In this document: one piece after another, positions 25,001 to 35,497 of the stretch
How the letters are laid out: each line of letters starts with the position of its first letter
Numbering within the stretch: the first letter of the stretch is position 1
Source of the DNA: Ophelia neglecta
Lineage: Eukaryota
Length of the DNA stretch: 64,000 bases
Direction: 5' to 3'
NCBI GenBank assembly: GCA_965285935.1
Contig: OZ260665.1
Location: 64,418,001 to 64,482,000, forward strand
Translations under genes and position numbers: made by a program
The notes under the pieces: model-generated
Told to the model about the DNA's origin: nothing
Databases searched by the model: none
Seen by the model: the letters and a program-made list of their open reading frames with translations, nothing else

Positions 25001-28000
25001 AATGCCTTGTCAAGCAGATTGTAACATCTGCATGGTTGCTATAAAATACCCTATCAGACTTGGTTCTTTTTCAGGCTGACTGGACGAGCTTGCGGCGAGA
25101 CTACCCTTCTTTAAACGCCTCCCAGCTCCACCACATCCTTCAAAACTACCAGTTAGGTCCAGGGAAATCACGCCCTGCAGCTTGGTCTCCAAAAGCCCCG
25201 GAACTTCGAAACTCTGGTAGGCTATTATCCTCTTTATTCTGTTAGCTCCAGATTACAATTTGACGCATAAGTAAAAGGAGAGTGGTTCTGAATGTGGATT
25301 ACTGAAAAAAAAACGCTTTTCGCTTCAGGTGAGATTTTGGAGAGTTTTAACAATCACCCTCCCTTAATTTTGCCGGGAGAGGGCTTTGTTGTTAACCTGA
25401 GCCACGAGGTCGAAGACAAAACATTCTACGATATTCTCCAGGATATACACTCATCTTTCGGAATAGTGGAGGGTAGGTTGATGGATCAAGCGTGTCATTA
25501 TTGAAAGCCTGTGTGTCAAATGTCCTCTCGAAAACATTCCACTCTCATGATACATACAATGTAGCAAGATAGACAAGTTGGCTTCGTTTCATTTTTTCCT
25601 AGTAGTATATAATCTGTAGATGTGCTTAATCTCGTTTTTATCTCTGATTTGCATGACAAATGTTGTTTATCATTTTTAAATCATTTTCTGAATCATTGCA
25701 TGATCCCCTCGCGATGTCTATATAATTTGATACCTTCCGTTTCAAGGCTTTCTCAGCATGCTCTCTCCTGCTTACCTCTATTGAAAACCTCACATTCCAG
25801 ATGACGTAGACAGCGGTTTGAGTCTAAGTCAAAGTCATGATCTGACTCTTTTTAATGGAGGACAGGTACCGAATATGTACTTCAAGGAAGAACATTTGGT
25901 TCCAAACTTACCAATCACAAAAGACAATAAGGAGAGACAGCGAATCTCAAATAAAAAACATACATCTTCTGCCAATGAAAAGTTGCAACATAGAGAGGAG
26001 CCGCCTGTGATTCCCGCCCCTAAACCTCCTAAGAGAAGACAATCTCTGAAGAAGAAGGAAGCCATGGGAACTCCCGTTCCTGTAAGACCAGCCAGGAAGA
26101 AGAGGGACGCCCGACGTCGGTCCCAGCTAGAGCTCGAGAAGAGGCACAGTGGGTACTGCTCTGAGGCGTCCCTCTCGCCGCGCTCCGAGCCGGACCTCAG
26201 AAGAGTAGGCGCAGTAACACCCCCAACTACAGTGCACGCCACAGAGGGCGTTATAGACACCAATGCCAAGTTTGTGGGTGCTCTGCCTAACTCCAGCGAT
26301 GTGAGAGATACTAATCGTCGTCTTGTTTATGACTCAATGGGGATTGAAGGAAGGTCGAGAGACATAGATGGGGATACTGGAACCGTCAGGGTGACAACAA
26401 ATGAAATCCCCGATCTCGAATCAAGACGTGCGAAATACTCCGATTATATATATGATGAAAGCCATGTTTCGAACGTTCGTAGTACCACAAGTATGCAAAC
26501 AGATCAAGGCGGCACAATACGTTCTACAGCCAATGTGCTAAGATCGGAATCCCTGTCTCGAAAACAAAAGTTTGATGTGCGCAGCCATCTTGCTAAACAG
26601 GCGTCCCGCGCATGTTTAAGTCCCCGAGCATCCGGAGAAAGCGAGTTCAATTCTAGGTTAAACCAGTCAGAGGCTGACACGAGTAAAGACGAAGAAAATA
26701 AACACACAGAAAATAAAATGAGTGTTTCATCTGCATGGTCCTCTGATATTCAATTCACTAAACCTAAAACAGTCTCTAGAAGGGATTATAATCAGGAAGT
26801 AAAAGAAACCGAAATGTCACAGAATGCAGAAAAAACGGTAGAGCAGCACGATGAGGCCAAAATTATATCTCACGACTGTCCGTGGAAGAGCCAGCCTAGA
26901 AGCAAAAACTGCCAAGGTACAGATGAAGATGAAATCTTAATAACCGATCCGCCAACTGAAAAACTCTATCTAGCAGCGAGTAAACCTAGTGTTAGCATAA
27001 CTACTCAACCTGACGATACGGCCAGAAGACAGCAGCATCAACCCCAGCATAGTGTTTTTGACGAGGGATGCCAAGAGAATGGTTTCTTTGATTATAACGA
27101 AACCTTAGAGAAAGAAGAGCCAGTTTACATGAATTTTGACCACGACAACGACGAGGCGCCCCGTCGACCTGAAAAATGCTCTTTGGATAAACGCTGGATT
27201 TCCGGTATAATCTACCCAAACGAGCCAAACGGCATACCTCCTCAGCCTAATAAACCTGCGCCTGTTCTATACAAAAGCAGTCCTGACGAATTTGAGTTGG
27301 GTGAAAATGCTTTTAACAATGAAAATAGTACATATTATTGCGCCAATAACCAGAGTGTCCCATATAGTAGTCAGGGCCCCGTTCCTGATAAGCAGAGCCA
27401 CGTGACAAACAGCGAAGGTAAGTGTTAAGCTCATCTCTAACCTCTTTGCCCCGCCAAGTATGCATTTGGTATTGGTGCTTGCTTATTATCTTTGCTTTTA
27501 GTAAACGTTTCCATATTTTAGAAACTGTATGATATGATTGAAAGGATTATCGACATACACAATTTGATTAAAAGCTTCATAAATGAAAATAATGAATAGG
27601 TTTAATCGCTTCTGATTTGCAAAATGAATAAACTGTATCGAATAGTATGAACGTCAAACAAAGAACTTCAATAACCTCAAAGTAGTATTTAGTTACTATT
27701 AATTATCTGTCGTTGTTGGTCCGATCTCCCAGAGCCTGCTGTAGAAGCCCTAACTTGCTAACAGTGCGCTCGCTGTACATAATAATATTACTATTTTAAA
27801 AGGTGGCGGACCAAAACGCCCAAGCAAGACTAGCTTCTCACATCGTAACCACGCGGACATAGTCAAACAAATCAAGTCCTATAATCAACAAGGTGAAATC
27901 TTTGGCTCTTCCTCCCCGGAGCTTATACTACTCGACCTAGCCAAAGGGGAAGAGGGACTTGGTGTTGGGCTGATAGACGGACTGGTGAGTAGTATACAGG

Positions 28001-29349
28001 GCATTGTGATTTGAGTGGTTCACTGGCTTTTCGGAAATTTGTATTACGATTTTATTTGGGCACCATTGGGAGTATTGTAATTGGGTCAGAGATGTTAACA
28101 CCTATTTTCCTGAAACAAGGGGGCCTGGTGTGTGGATTGCCCTTAACTTCGACATCTAGTGAGGAACAACCGGGACTCCTACAGTAAAAATGTGACAAAT
28201 TCCTTCTGATTTTGAGGCGAAAAACGATGCACTTTATTCATTTTTAGTATATAAAATAGACTGAAGTCTAGTAATAGTCTCAGATAGGGATTCCATTATG
28301 ATAGAAGTTATTGGCTAATCGGTGTGAATACTAGAGAAATTTGTCATTGTAGTACTTAGGGACGTACATTTTAGTAGTAGAAGACGATATGGCGGTCTTA
28401 CTGGTGAGTCGTATGACACATGGACTGGTGATGGTAAGGTTTGTAATTGATGGCCTGCGTGGTGAAACATATGGTGATTGTGGTACTCCATAGATACTGT
28501 AAAAGTATAATAACAATTCCGCTTTTGCTTTGCAACATTAATTAATATAGATGATTAATGTACCTGCTTTGTGCTACTGTTAATATAGGGTTAGAGAATG
28601 ATATTCATAATCTATAATTTGATGGATTATTGTTACACTCAGGTTTGAAATATCGCATAGTTCCAACAGTTAAACGCTGATTATTGATCATGATTTGTAT
28701 AATTCCAAGTTTCTTATTAGGGGTGGACCTATGGTGCCGTAGCTGGATTGTTGTTTCATTATTTTTTTTCTGATGAGCTAAATGGCTTATTATTATAAGA
28801 TTACGAGGACTATTGTAGAACTGCCTCGTACTTCAATATCCCAGCCACAGAGAGCTATGAATGTTAATGAAATTTACCTACCCTTCAGTACACGGAGTTG
28901 GGGCGGAGCGGTATATACGTGAGGACCTTGGTCCCCGGGGGAGCGGCGGCCAGGAACGGCACCCTGGCCGTGGGAGATCGGATTCTCTGGGTCAATGGTT
29001 TTAGTCTTCTAGGCTCTACTTACCAAGGGTATTAATATTTTTGTCAGTTGGAGCGCAGTTTTGCAGCGATTCGAAAAATATAGGAAGTAATATCTCAGAG
29101 TATAACCCTCTATTTATACGATACAATTCGATCCGCCAAATATGCATTATTGATATACCCCGAGATATATATTCGTAAATACAGTTCTACCCTGGTTTCG
29201 TTTCTTATGAACCAGACCGTTTTATTCTCTTGGTATTTAACAGGGCAATGGCGTCGATCAAGAATGCAGGGAATCAGCTGAAGCTGATGGTGGCCAAAGC
29301 AACTGCAGAAGACGCCAAGAAAATCGCAGCCTCTCCGTGCGTCTTCTAA
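1044..29349 (+). CDS. RADIL: Ras-associating and dilute domain-containing protein (RADIL/RASIP1 family): RA1-RA2-FHA-DIL-long disordered insert-PDZ, ~1750-1770 aa; 5' end uncertain
   Basis: Phase-consistent GT-AG exons: 1044-1124 (tentative; possible start ATG at 1107), 1296-1494, 19310-21324, 21506-21543, 22666-22765, 22893-23042, 23229-23321, 23502-23634, 24766-24938, 25075-25216, 25329-25472, 25801-27417, 27803-27984, 28889-29028, 29244-29349 (TAA). RADIL-type RA: ELSTEDSAPGVLKIFGDSISPGAQYKSVLA..AQELVKEALERY. FHA-like: IYLNSPDLSSPHC..VAVNNVRI..LRTGDVVSIG. Dilute: VWEKTKDLADKQ, EEVVMYTFQQTVYYLTK, SQLFCYLFFF, WSKGVQMRGNLD, LLATPK. PDZ: GLGVGLIDGL..GIYVRTLVPGGAAARNGTLAVGDRILWVNG. AATAAA at 29586. 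Confidence 0.9.
1296..1494 (+). CDS. RADIL: Upstream exon of the RADIL-like gene encoding the N-terminal part of an afadin-RA1-like domain
   Basis: tctag|GAC acceptor and AGAG|gtatat phase-1 donor. Translation DPRSGDLEYEGPLRFYLDDEEGENRMKAFRLTGSTSVLSLLPEFQDKFSLQLCIACSIKVYISDNR parallels afadin RA1 (DLEFHGVMRFYFQD..TKCIRVSST..IETLAEKF..YSLYEVH). It joins in phase to 19310 (G-ERCLEQNERPLHLAL..PHFVVR, cf. afadin GEERRLDIDEKPL..RFVLK). Confidence 0.75.
10950..11413 (-). mobile_element. Decayed non-LTR retrotransposon (CR1/L2-like) reverse transcriptase fragment
   Basis: The minus strand reads YSITWAFNLLVDRISSTLNQGDCLVI..HFSKA (cf. DFSKAFD), then stops and frameshifts, then an intact GVPQGS at 11060-11077. 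Boundaries are approximate. Confidence 0.7.
11450..11582. mobile_element. Degraded partial third copy of the same MITE family
   Basis: TCTGATTATAGAGGTGGT and TATAGAGGTAGTCTTAAAGGCAGGTTGCTCTG match the right end of the 14333-14510 element. Confidence 0.5.
14333..14510. mobile_element. Tc1/mariner (pogo/Tigger-like) MITE
   Basis: TA|CAGTAAAACCTG ... CAGGTTTCACTG|TA: 12-bp TIR with 1 mismatch and TA TSD; internal (A)GGTGGTCT repeats. Confidence 0.8.
19310..21324 (+). CDS. RADIL: Large RADIL-like exon (end of RA1, RA2, FHA, start of dilute region)
   Basis: Lies within the 699-aa ORF 19282-21381; ttttttcag| acceptor and TGG|gtaagt donor; RA and FHA motifs as listed for the whole gene. Confidence 0.92.
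24167..24319. mobile_element. Second copy of the same MITE family, opposite orientation, in a RADIL intron
   Basis: CAGTGAAACCTG ... CAGGTTTCACTG|TA, perfect 12-bp TIR; internal AGACCAC repeats are the reverse complement of those at 14333-14510. Confidence 0.8.
25801..27417 (+). CDS. RADIL: Large low-complexity exon of the RADIL-like gene between the DIL and PDZ domains
   Basis: cattccag| acceptor (phase 1), open 536-aa frame, GAAG|gtaagt donor (phase 1); phases match both neighbouring exons. Confidence 0.8.
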
Positions 29350-30052
29350 ACATTACAGGACAAAAGCCATGTTTAAAATATACCCTAGACGCTGGTGATG
29401 TATAGCTGTCGACCTAAGCGTGGATTTTAAAAACGTTTAGGCAGAATGATATTAACCAATTCTACTACATCCGGATAATCACTTGTGACAAGGCCTTTCG
29501 AAGGGCGAAATCATTAACGATTAATTTGTGTGAAATGTTTAATCGTACTTTACTGTTCCGTATTCTACAATTTTAATTGTATTGCAATAAACGGCATTTT
29601 TAACGTCATTAACCATTATTATTTGAATTTTATATTTGCGTTTTTATGAAAAGGATAGCGTGAGACAAATTTCTTATTAATACTTGCATGGTCCATAAAT
29701 ATTCACAAATTCGTCATGTTTAGTTCTTTAAAGAAAATGCGTAAGTGACGACTATTTTTTGCGACTAGATCTTTAAGGTTAATTACTCACAACGGTGCCA
29801 ATAACATATATTTAAGGAATGAACGTAGCTACTTTGCCAGGGCAAATGTGCGCTAAATAAGGGGAAATTGGTATTTTTTGCCCATGAAGGTAGGAAAGTC
29901 AATGACTTCCGGTTAGATCAAGAATAGTGTTTTAAGATAAAAACTGGATAGAATTAATATTTACTGTAAATAAGGGATATTATCTTGATTGAAATCAACT
30001 ATAATTGGAATATTTCGATAAGAAATGCCAGAAGCTGTGAAACAGATTCATG

Positions 30053-30060
30053 TGACGTCA
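30053..30060 (+). promoter_or_regulatory. Perfect palindromic cAMP-response element (TGACGTCA) upstream of CATSPER3
   Basis: TGACGTCA ends about 124 nt before the ATG; several further CGTCA/TGACG half-sites lie between 29600 and 30186. Confidence 0.4.
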
Positions 30061-30183
30061 TACAAACGTCATTTCCTGAACGAGAAAATATCAAAATCAA
30101 CGCATTTTGTAGGCTAGTTTAGGGATTATTCTGAGTGTATTTATTTCTGGCTTTTAGCAAATTATATACAGGCCCTTTACGTC

Positions 30184-33100
30184 ATGGCATACGGAGATCC
30201 TCCCGAAAGGGAAAAACGCAAAAGGCCTGATGATGCGTTTCATAAGCGGATAAAGAAAATAACAGAGTCTAATCTGTTCAATGGTGGTATCATTTTTGCT
30301 ATCTTACTCAATGCTATTTTCATGGCTCTGGAGACGGAGGATGCAATCAAAAAGGCTTGGGGAGAGACCTTGTTCAAAGGCCTGGACTATGCCTTCCTGA
30401 TTATTTACATCATTGAGTTCATTTTGAAGATATATGCTGAACCAAAAAACTACTGGAAGAGTACATACAACGTGTTTGATTTTCTGGTTTTGGTCATGTC
30501 ACTTGTCCAAGTAAGTTTTATTCAGAACTAAAAAATAGAATAAATATAGGCATAGTAGCAATAGGCCATATCGGCATATCCGATATGAAATGAAGCCTCT
30601 TGAAATCGACATTTATATGGCAGTCTCAGTCAGTTGCGTAAGCCTGGATATGTTTGGTTTTCGAAGTTCTTATAAGCATGCGCCTACGTCTTAAAACCAT
30701 GTTTCAATGGGGATAGACCTTGGCATTGGGCTCATTTTATAAGGTAATGTGCCGGTCCTCAATCAGCCTCTCGCAGCCCATCACCGGCACAACTTTTCAC
30801 ATGTAGAAAGCGTAGTGCTCGTTTTTGTAATGTCCACTGATAAACCCATATTGCCTAGGCCATCAGTGGGCTTGTTCCAATGTTTAACACTGTTAATTTT
30901 TGTAATTTCTGTTCTACTTGTAAGTTAGTATAATAAACATGAATACAGTGAAGACGAAGGGAGAAGCGAATAAACCGAAACAAATAATGACAGGCCTACA
31001 TGCCACTGTGGCCTAGGCTCTCGGGCCGAATGTTTGAGTTTGACGTAATAATTATGCAAAGATCTTTTCCCGAGCATATTGACGAGAACTTGTATGGTGT
31101 ATGGTATATTTTATCAATTTTGTTGTTATGTATAGGTCATCTTGGAATGGTCGAGTGACAATGCAGGGTCTAAGTTCGGTGCTTTACGCGTGTTGCGGGC
31201 ACTGCGCACGCTCAGAACCCTCCGAACGGTCTCCTTCATCCGGGGTTTGCAGGTTATTATTTCATGATCTTTAATCTTAAAACCATAATTATTACTAATC
31301 GTAGATAAGGTTAATTTTAGTCGCTTGAAAATATGTCCAAAATAGCCACTTTAATATGTTTAATTTTCACATATAAAAACAATGCATTGTTCCAATTATG
31401 GAACCTTACTATATTCGGCCAATTTGTTATGTAGGTTCTGGTAACTGCATTGCTCGATACCATCCGGCAGTGGGTGATCAACATCATACTACTTTTGATG
31501 CTACTCATGTTTCTGTTTGCCATCATGGGCTACTACTTCTTTGGGTATAAAGATGACGGTGACAAGAAGAATTGGGGAACCCTGGGAAGCGCCATGTTGA
31601 CTCTCTTCAGCTACGTCACGGTAAGACCCTCGCATTAATGATCAGCAATTTTTTTAAGGAATGCATTTAAGTAATTAGCCATTCATACAAGTTCCTACGC
31701 ACCTTGGTTACATCTTGTGATGTAAGATCAGCAGATCCATAGATGTTAAATGCGGCTACATTAAAATGTTTAAATGCATGAAAAGGGAGGATACAATGAT
31801 TTGTGCCATTATAAGAATGCTACAATTAATTGTTCTTAATATAGGGACCGAATATAAGAAAACAACTTTTACGCAGATTAAAATACCTTTAAATTAAACC
31901 AGTTTGAAAATAAACAATCGTAAATCATGCATGATATCCTATTCACGTGCTAATAGATGTTAGTAAGGAGGTCTGTCGCCCTTCATTTTTCAGATGTCTT
32001 ATCTTTAGAAACTTCGTATTTATATTAAAAGCGACCCATTCTCTACCTGTCTTGTCTAAAATATACCTAAAAACTAAGCTGGTGAATGTTGCCAGGTGGA
32101 TGGATGGACTGATCTCCAAGACAAGCTGGACCAGACGAACGCCGCTGACCTGAGTAGAGTATACAGTATTCTCTTCATCTTCCTGGGTCATTTCATATTT
32201 ACAAATGTCTTCATCGGAGTAATCATCATGAATATCAGTGATGCCACCGAAAATTATAAGGTAGACCTCAACAAATGCTAACTACTTATAGATCTATTGT
32301 TTTCTTGTTTTTTATTAGAAGGACCATCCGCTATCTGCACTTTTGACTCACGTGGGTAGCCTCTGCTACCGTTGGTCACAACTCTTCAAACCCACACTGT
32401 AGATCTACCGGTTTCCTATACGATAGCATGATCTGTCTATGTTTTAAAATGTTTTTCAATGGGCCTGTCGCACTTCCCTTCCTTAGCTGATGCTCCCATA
32501 TCTTATACCCGAAAACCAATTTTACTCAGTGATAGATCCCGGGTTACCTTTAAGTTGAAACTCAATGTTTTCTATACAGATTTGCCGGAGTTATCTTCCT
32601 ATCTTTTTAAGATTGACATGGTTTCTCTAAGTGCTGGTTAGTCCATGTAGCTTATCACATGTGACTATATAAAGGTTCTTTAGATGCAATTAATATTCCA
32701 TTGCTGTATTTTTCAAATTTCGTATTTTATTGTATACAGAAAGAGCAGATAGCCGAACGAGAGGCAGTCCTGCGACACAAGAAGGATTTCATGATGAGAC
32801 GCCAGCACAACGACGTCAAGCGAATGTTAGAACGGCAAAAGAGAGGGCAATATTCTAACTTCCAGGTAAGATATATGTGCAACAGATTGAAGAATCTTTA
32901 TAAAATCTAAAATCACGTGTTTTAGAGAATTCAAAGTAATCATGGTATGCCCATCTTATAGTTGTAACCAATAGTTACTGATCTTTGTTACTGAAAACTA
33001 TACAAATGACCAGATGACCCCTACGCAGTTGAACAATAGTTGTTAATAGAAGACCACTGGGGATGATTAACTGTATTTGACAAAATGATATTATGAAAGG

Positions 33101-33974
33101 GACACTAATTATTATGGTTTTGTTTTCTAGGAAATGGTTCAGGAGTTTCAGAAAGCACTGAGACATGATGACTCTGTGATGATGTCAGACCTCAGTACAA
33201 ACATCATTTGGCTGGAGACGTTTGATAGAACTCTTGATCATATGGACAACACCGTCTACAAGTTAGTGTCTATACCTTATTAAGAAAGGACGCCTCGACT
33301 TGTTCGGGCATAATTTATCTTACCGGGAAAAGTTCTCGCGCATACAATAACCCCAATAGTCCCAGGGCGCCTCGATCTGCCCGCTGTATTTACGGTCAAG
33401 AGGCATCAGGTAGATCCGATTTAGACCTGAATAGCACTCGCAGATTTAATCTTGCATATGACGCAATGATTTACCTAGGAAATATGTTGTTTTGTAGTAT
33501 TAAAACAGGCCTTTATTTTTATCCCATTATAAAACAAATGATAACTTAAATTTGAATTGGGCCATGAGACGGCTCTGGACTGACCACTTGATTAATACAA
33601 TATAAATATTAAGACTCCCGAGTACTCCACTTTTCAATGCACATTTCGGGGTTCCGTTCACTCGTCAAAGTTTTACGAAATCGATTAAATCACGGTCCAT
33701 ATATATGTGTAACATGAATTTTGTCAGCAGATCTTCTACATTTTAATTTTAGTTCTAAGATCACTCAATACTATAGTCATACTAAGCTGAGAGTAGTACC
33801 CGTATATCATAGTATGATAGACACACCTGCCACTTGACAAGCGCTCTACGTACGATCGTATCCGGCCATATGTTATTTACTCTTTTCAGGATACAACAAT
33901 TGCATTTTGAAACTGCAAACACCCTGTCAGCAGAAATGGAGGGGCGACTTAGACATAAGTATGGCACTCTCTGA
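30184..33974 (+). CDS. CATSPER3: Cation channel sperm-associated protein 3 (CatSper alpha subunit 3), 378 aa
   Basis: 7 exons: 30184-30510, 31136-31252, 31435-31620, 32096-32260, 32740-32865, 33131-33261, 33890-33974 (TGA). Single 6-TM repeat with EFILKIYAEP..YW..YNVFDF, S4 LRVLRALRTLRTLRTV and pore LFSYVT|VDGW. TVDGW is the CatSper3 signature (vs TLDDW, TLDHW, TQDGW in CatSper1, 2, 4). S6 FIFTNVFIGVIIMNI and a C-terminal coiled-coil region with LRHDD follow. Confidence 0.92.
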
Positions 33975-35497
33975 TATCGGGAATTGCATATGAAAAGATA
34001 CACCTTTTAGATTTTATTGAAGAGTAAACATATCTATCAATACGCTCACATGAAAACGAAACCGTTAATCAACTTCAATTCGGTTGCATTGAAATTCTTA
34101 ACACGTTGAATAAAAGGTGGCCATCAATGAAGATCAATGTTTTGATCTATTACTTAATTACCAAATACCGTACCTGACTTAGTTACAGGTTTTCGTGAAG
34201 CTTTATGTGAGGTGTAGCCATAAAGGTACATTCCACATTATATTATAGAATCAATATGTAGCAATTACAAAGACATGTGCTTTGAAAACCGTCGGGATCA
34301 AATACATTTAGTTAAGAAATCATTTATTGCTTTCATATTTTATTTCAAACATCATCAATAATCCTGTACAAACCGATATACTTGATAGGTATAAATATAA
34401 TGAATATGTTATGCATCTTATGAAATTGAACAATTAGGATGATAGGCTGGATTATCATAAGTGTTCCTTTATTTACAACTGGAAACATCTCGCCGTAAGC
34501 TCCGGAAATATCATGTAGATAATACATGTATATCCATTAATATATATTCAATTTCTATGTAGTTCAACAAGCACAGCAGATATAGTAAAGCACCATGGAA
34601 GCCTGTATGTGCTTCACAATAATCTGCTATAATCTATAGAACAATTTAAGATAAACATGATAGATGGGAAGATAATGATCAAGTCCTGCTAAAAATTATT
34701 GCACGATTGCTAATTTTGTCATCGTGCTACAGCTAGTTAGAGTAGTCCCTCGGATGGTTGAGAATGTCTGCCAACTTGTGCCAACAAGTGAACGCAACTC
34801 TCAGAAATCTTTCAAAATGTTCAAGTCAGTCTGGGTGCCAGGCTATCACGTCCAACGGGATAGACTGCTGGCATATTGCACGTAGCCTGCAAAACATGAG
34901 AAAATTTACGAACAGCTGCTACAAACATGTGGATAAATGAAAATTCTGCCATAGCTACAGAACCAAGCTGGGGGCAACATCTTCAATTATAAATGCAAAG
35001 ATTAAACTCAAAACGGCAAAATACAAAATTACAAGAATTCAAGCAGAATGGACGATGAGGACATAATTTTCATCCAAATACTGTCTTTATTATTGCCCTA
35101 CAAATAGGCCTATCAATGAGGAAATAAAATATAATTGCTTATAAATGTGATCTCGATGATATAGTTACCATCTAGTATTCATGAATATAATGATTCTGTG
35201 GTCAAACATGTCGCAAAACAAGTTTGTGGAAGTGCCTACTCAATGAAAATTATTTTGAGGATCCACTAAGCTTTCGAAAGGGTACCGGACTTAATGTTAA
35301 AAAATTATTTACTCGACAGTTTGAGAATATAACAAGGGGCCAGTGGATGAACTGTTTTATTTACGAACCATAGAGACATATATAATTTAGGTTTTAGCTA
35401 CAGTTCATATAGGTCTATTATACACCATGTGGCGAGTCAATTCTATTCTAAAACACTGACCACTCTTATGCTGGTATCGTTCTGATTCAGTTATCCG

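Noticed and set aside
28349-28440. Exon-like segment with strong donors inside the PDZ intron
   Set aside because: Inclusion would interrupt the PDZ fold, the flanking exons already join in phase, and there is no homology cue.
29335-29349. RADIL C-terminus PCVF as a CaaX box
   Set aside because: The cysteine is third from the end, not fourth.
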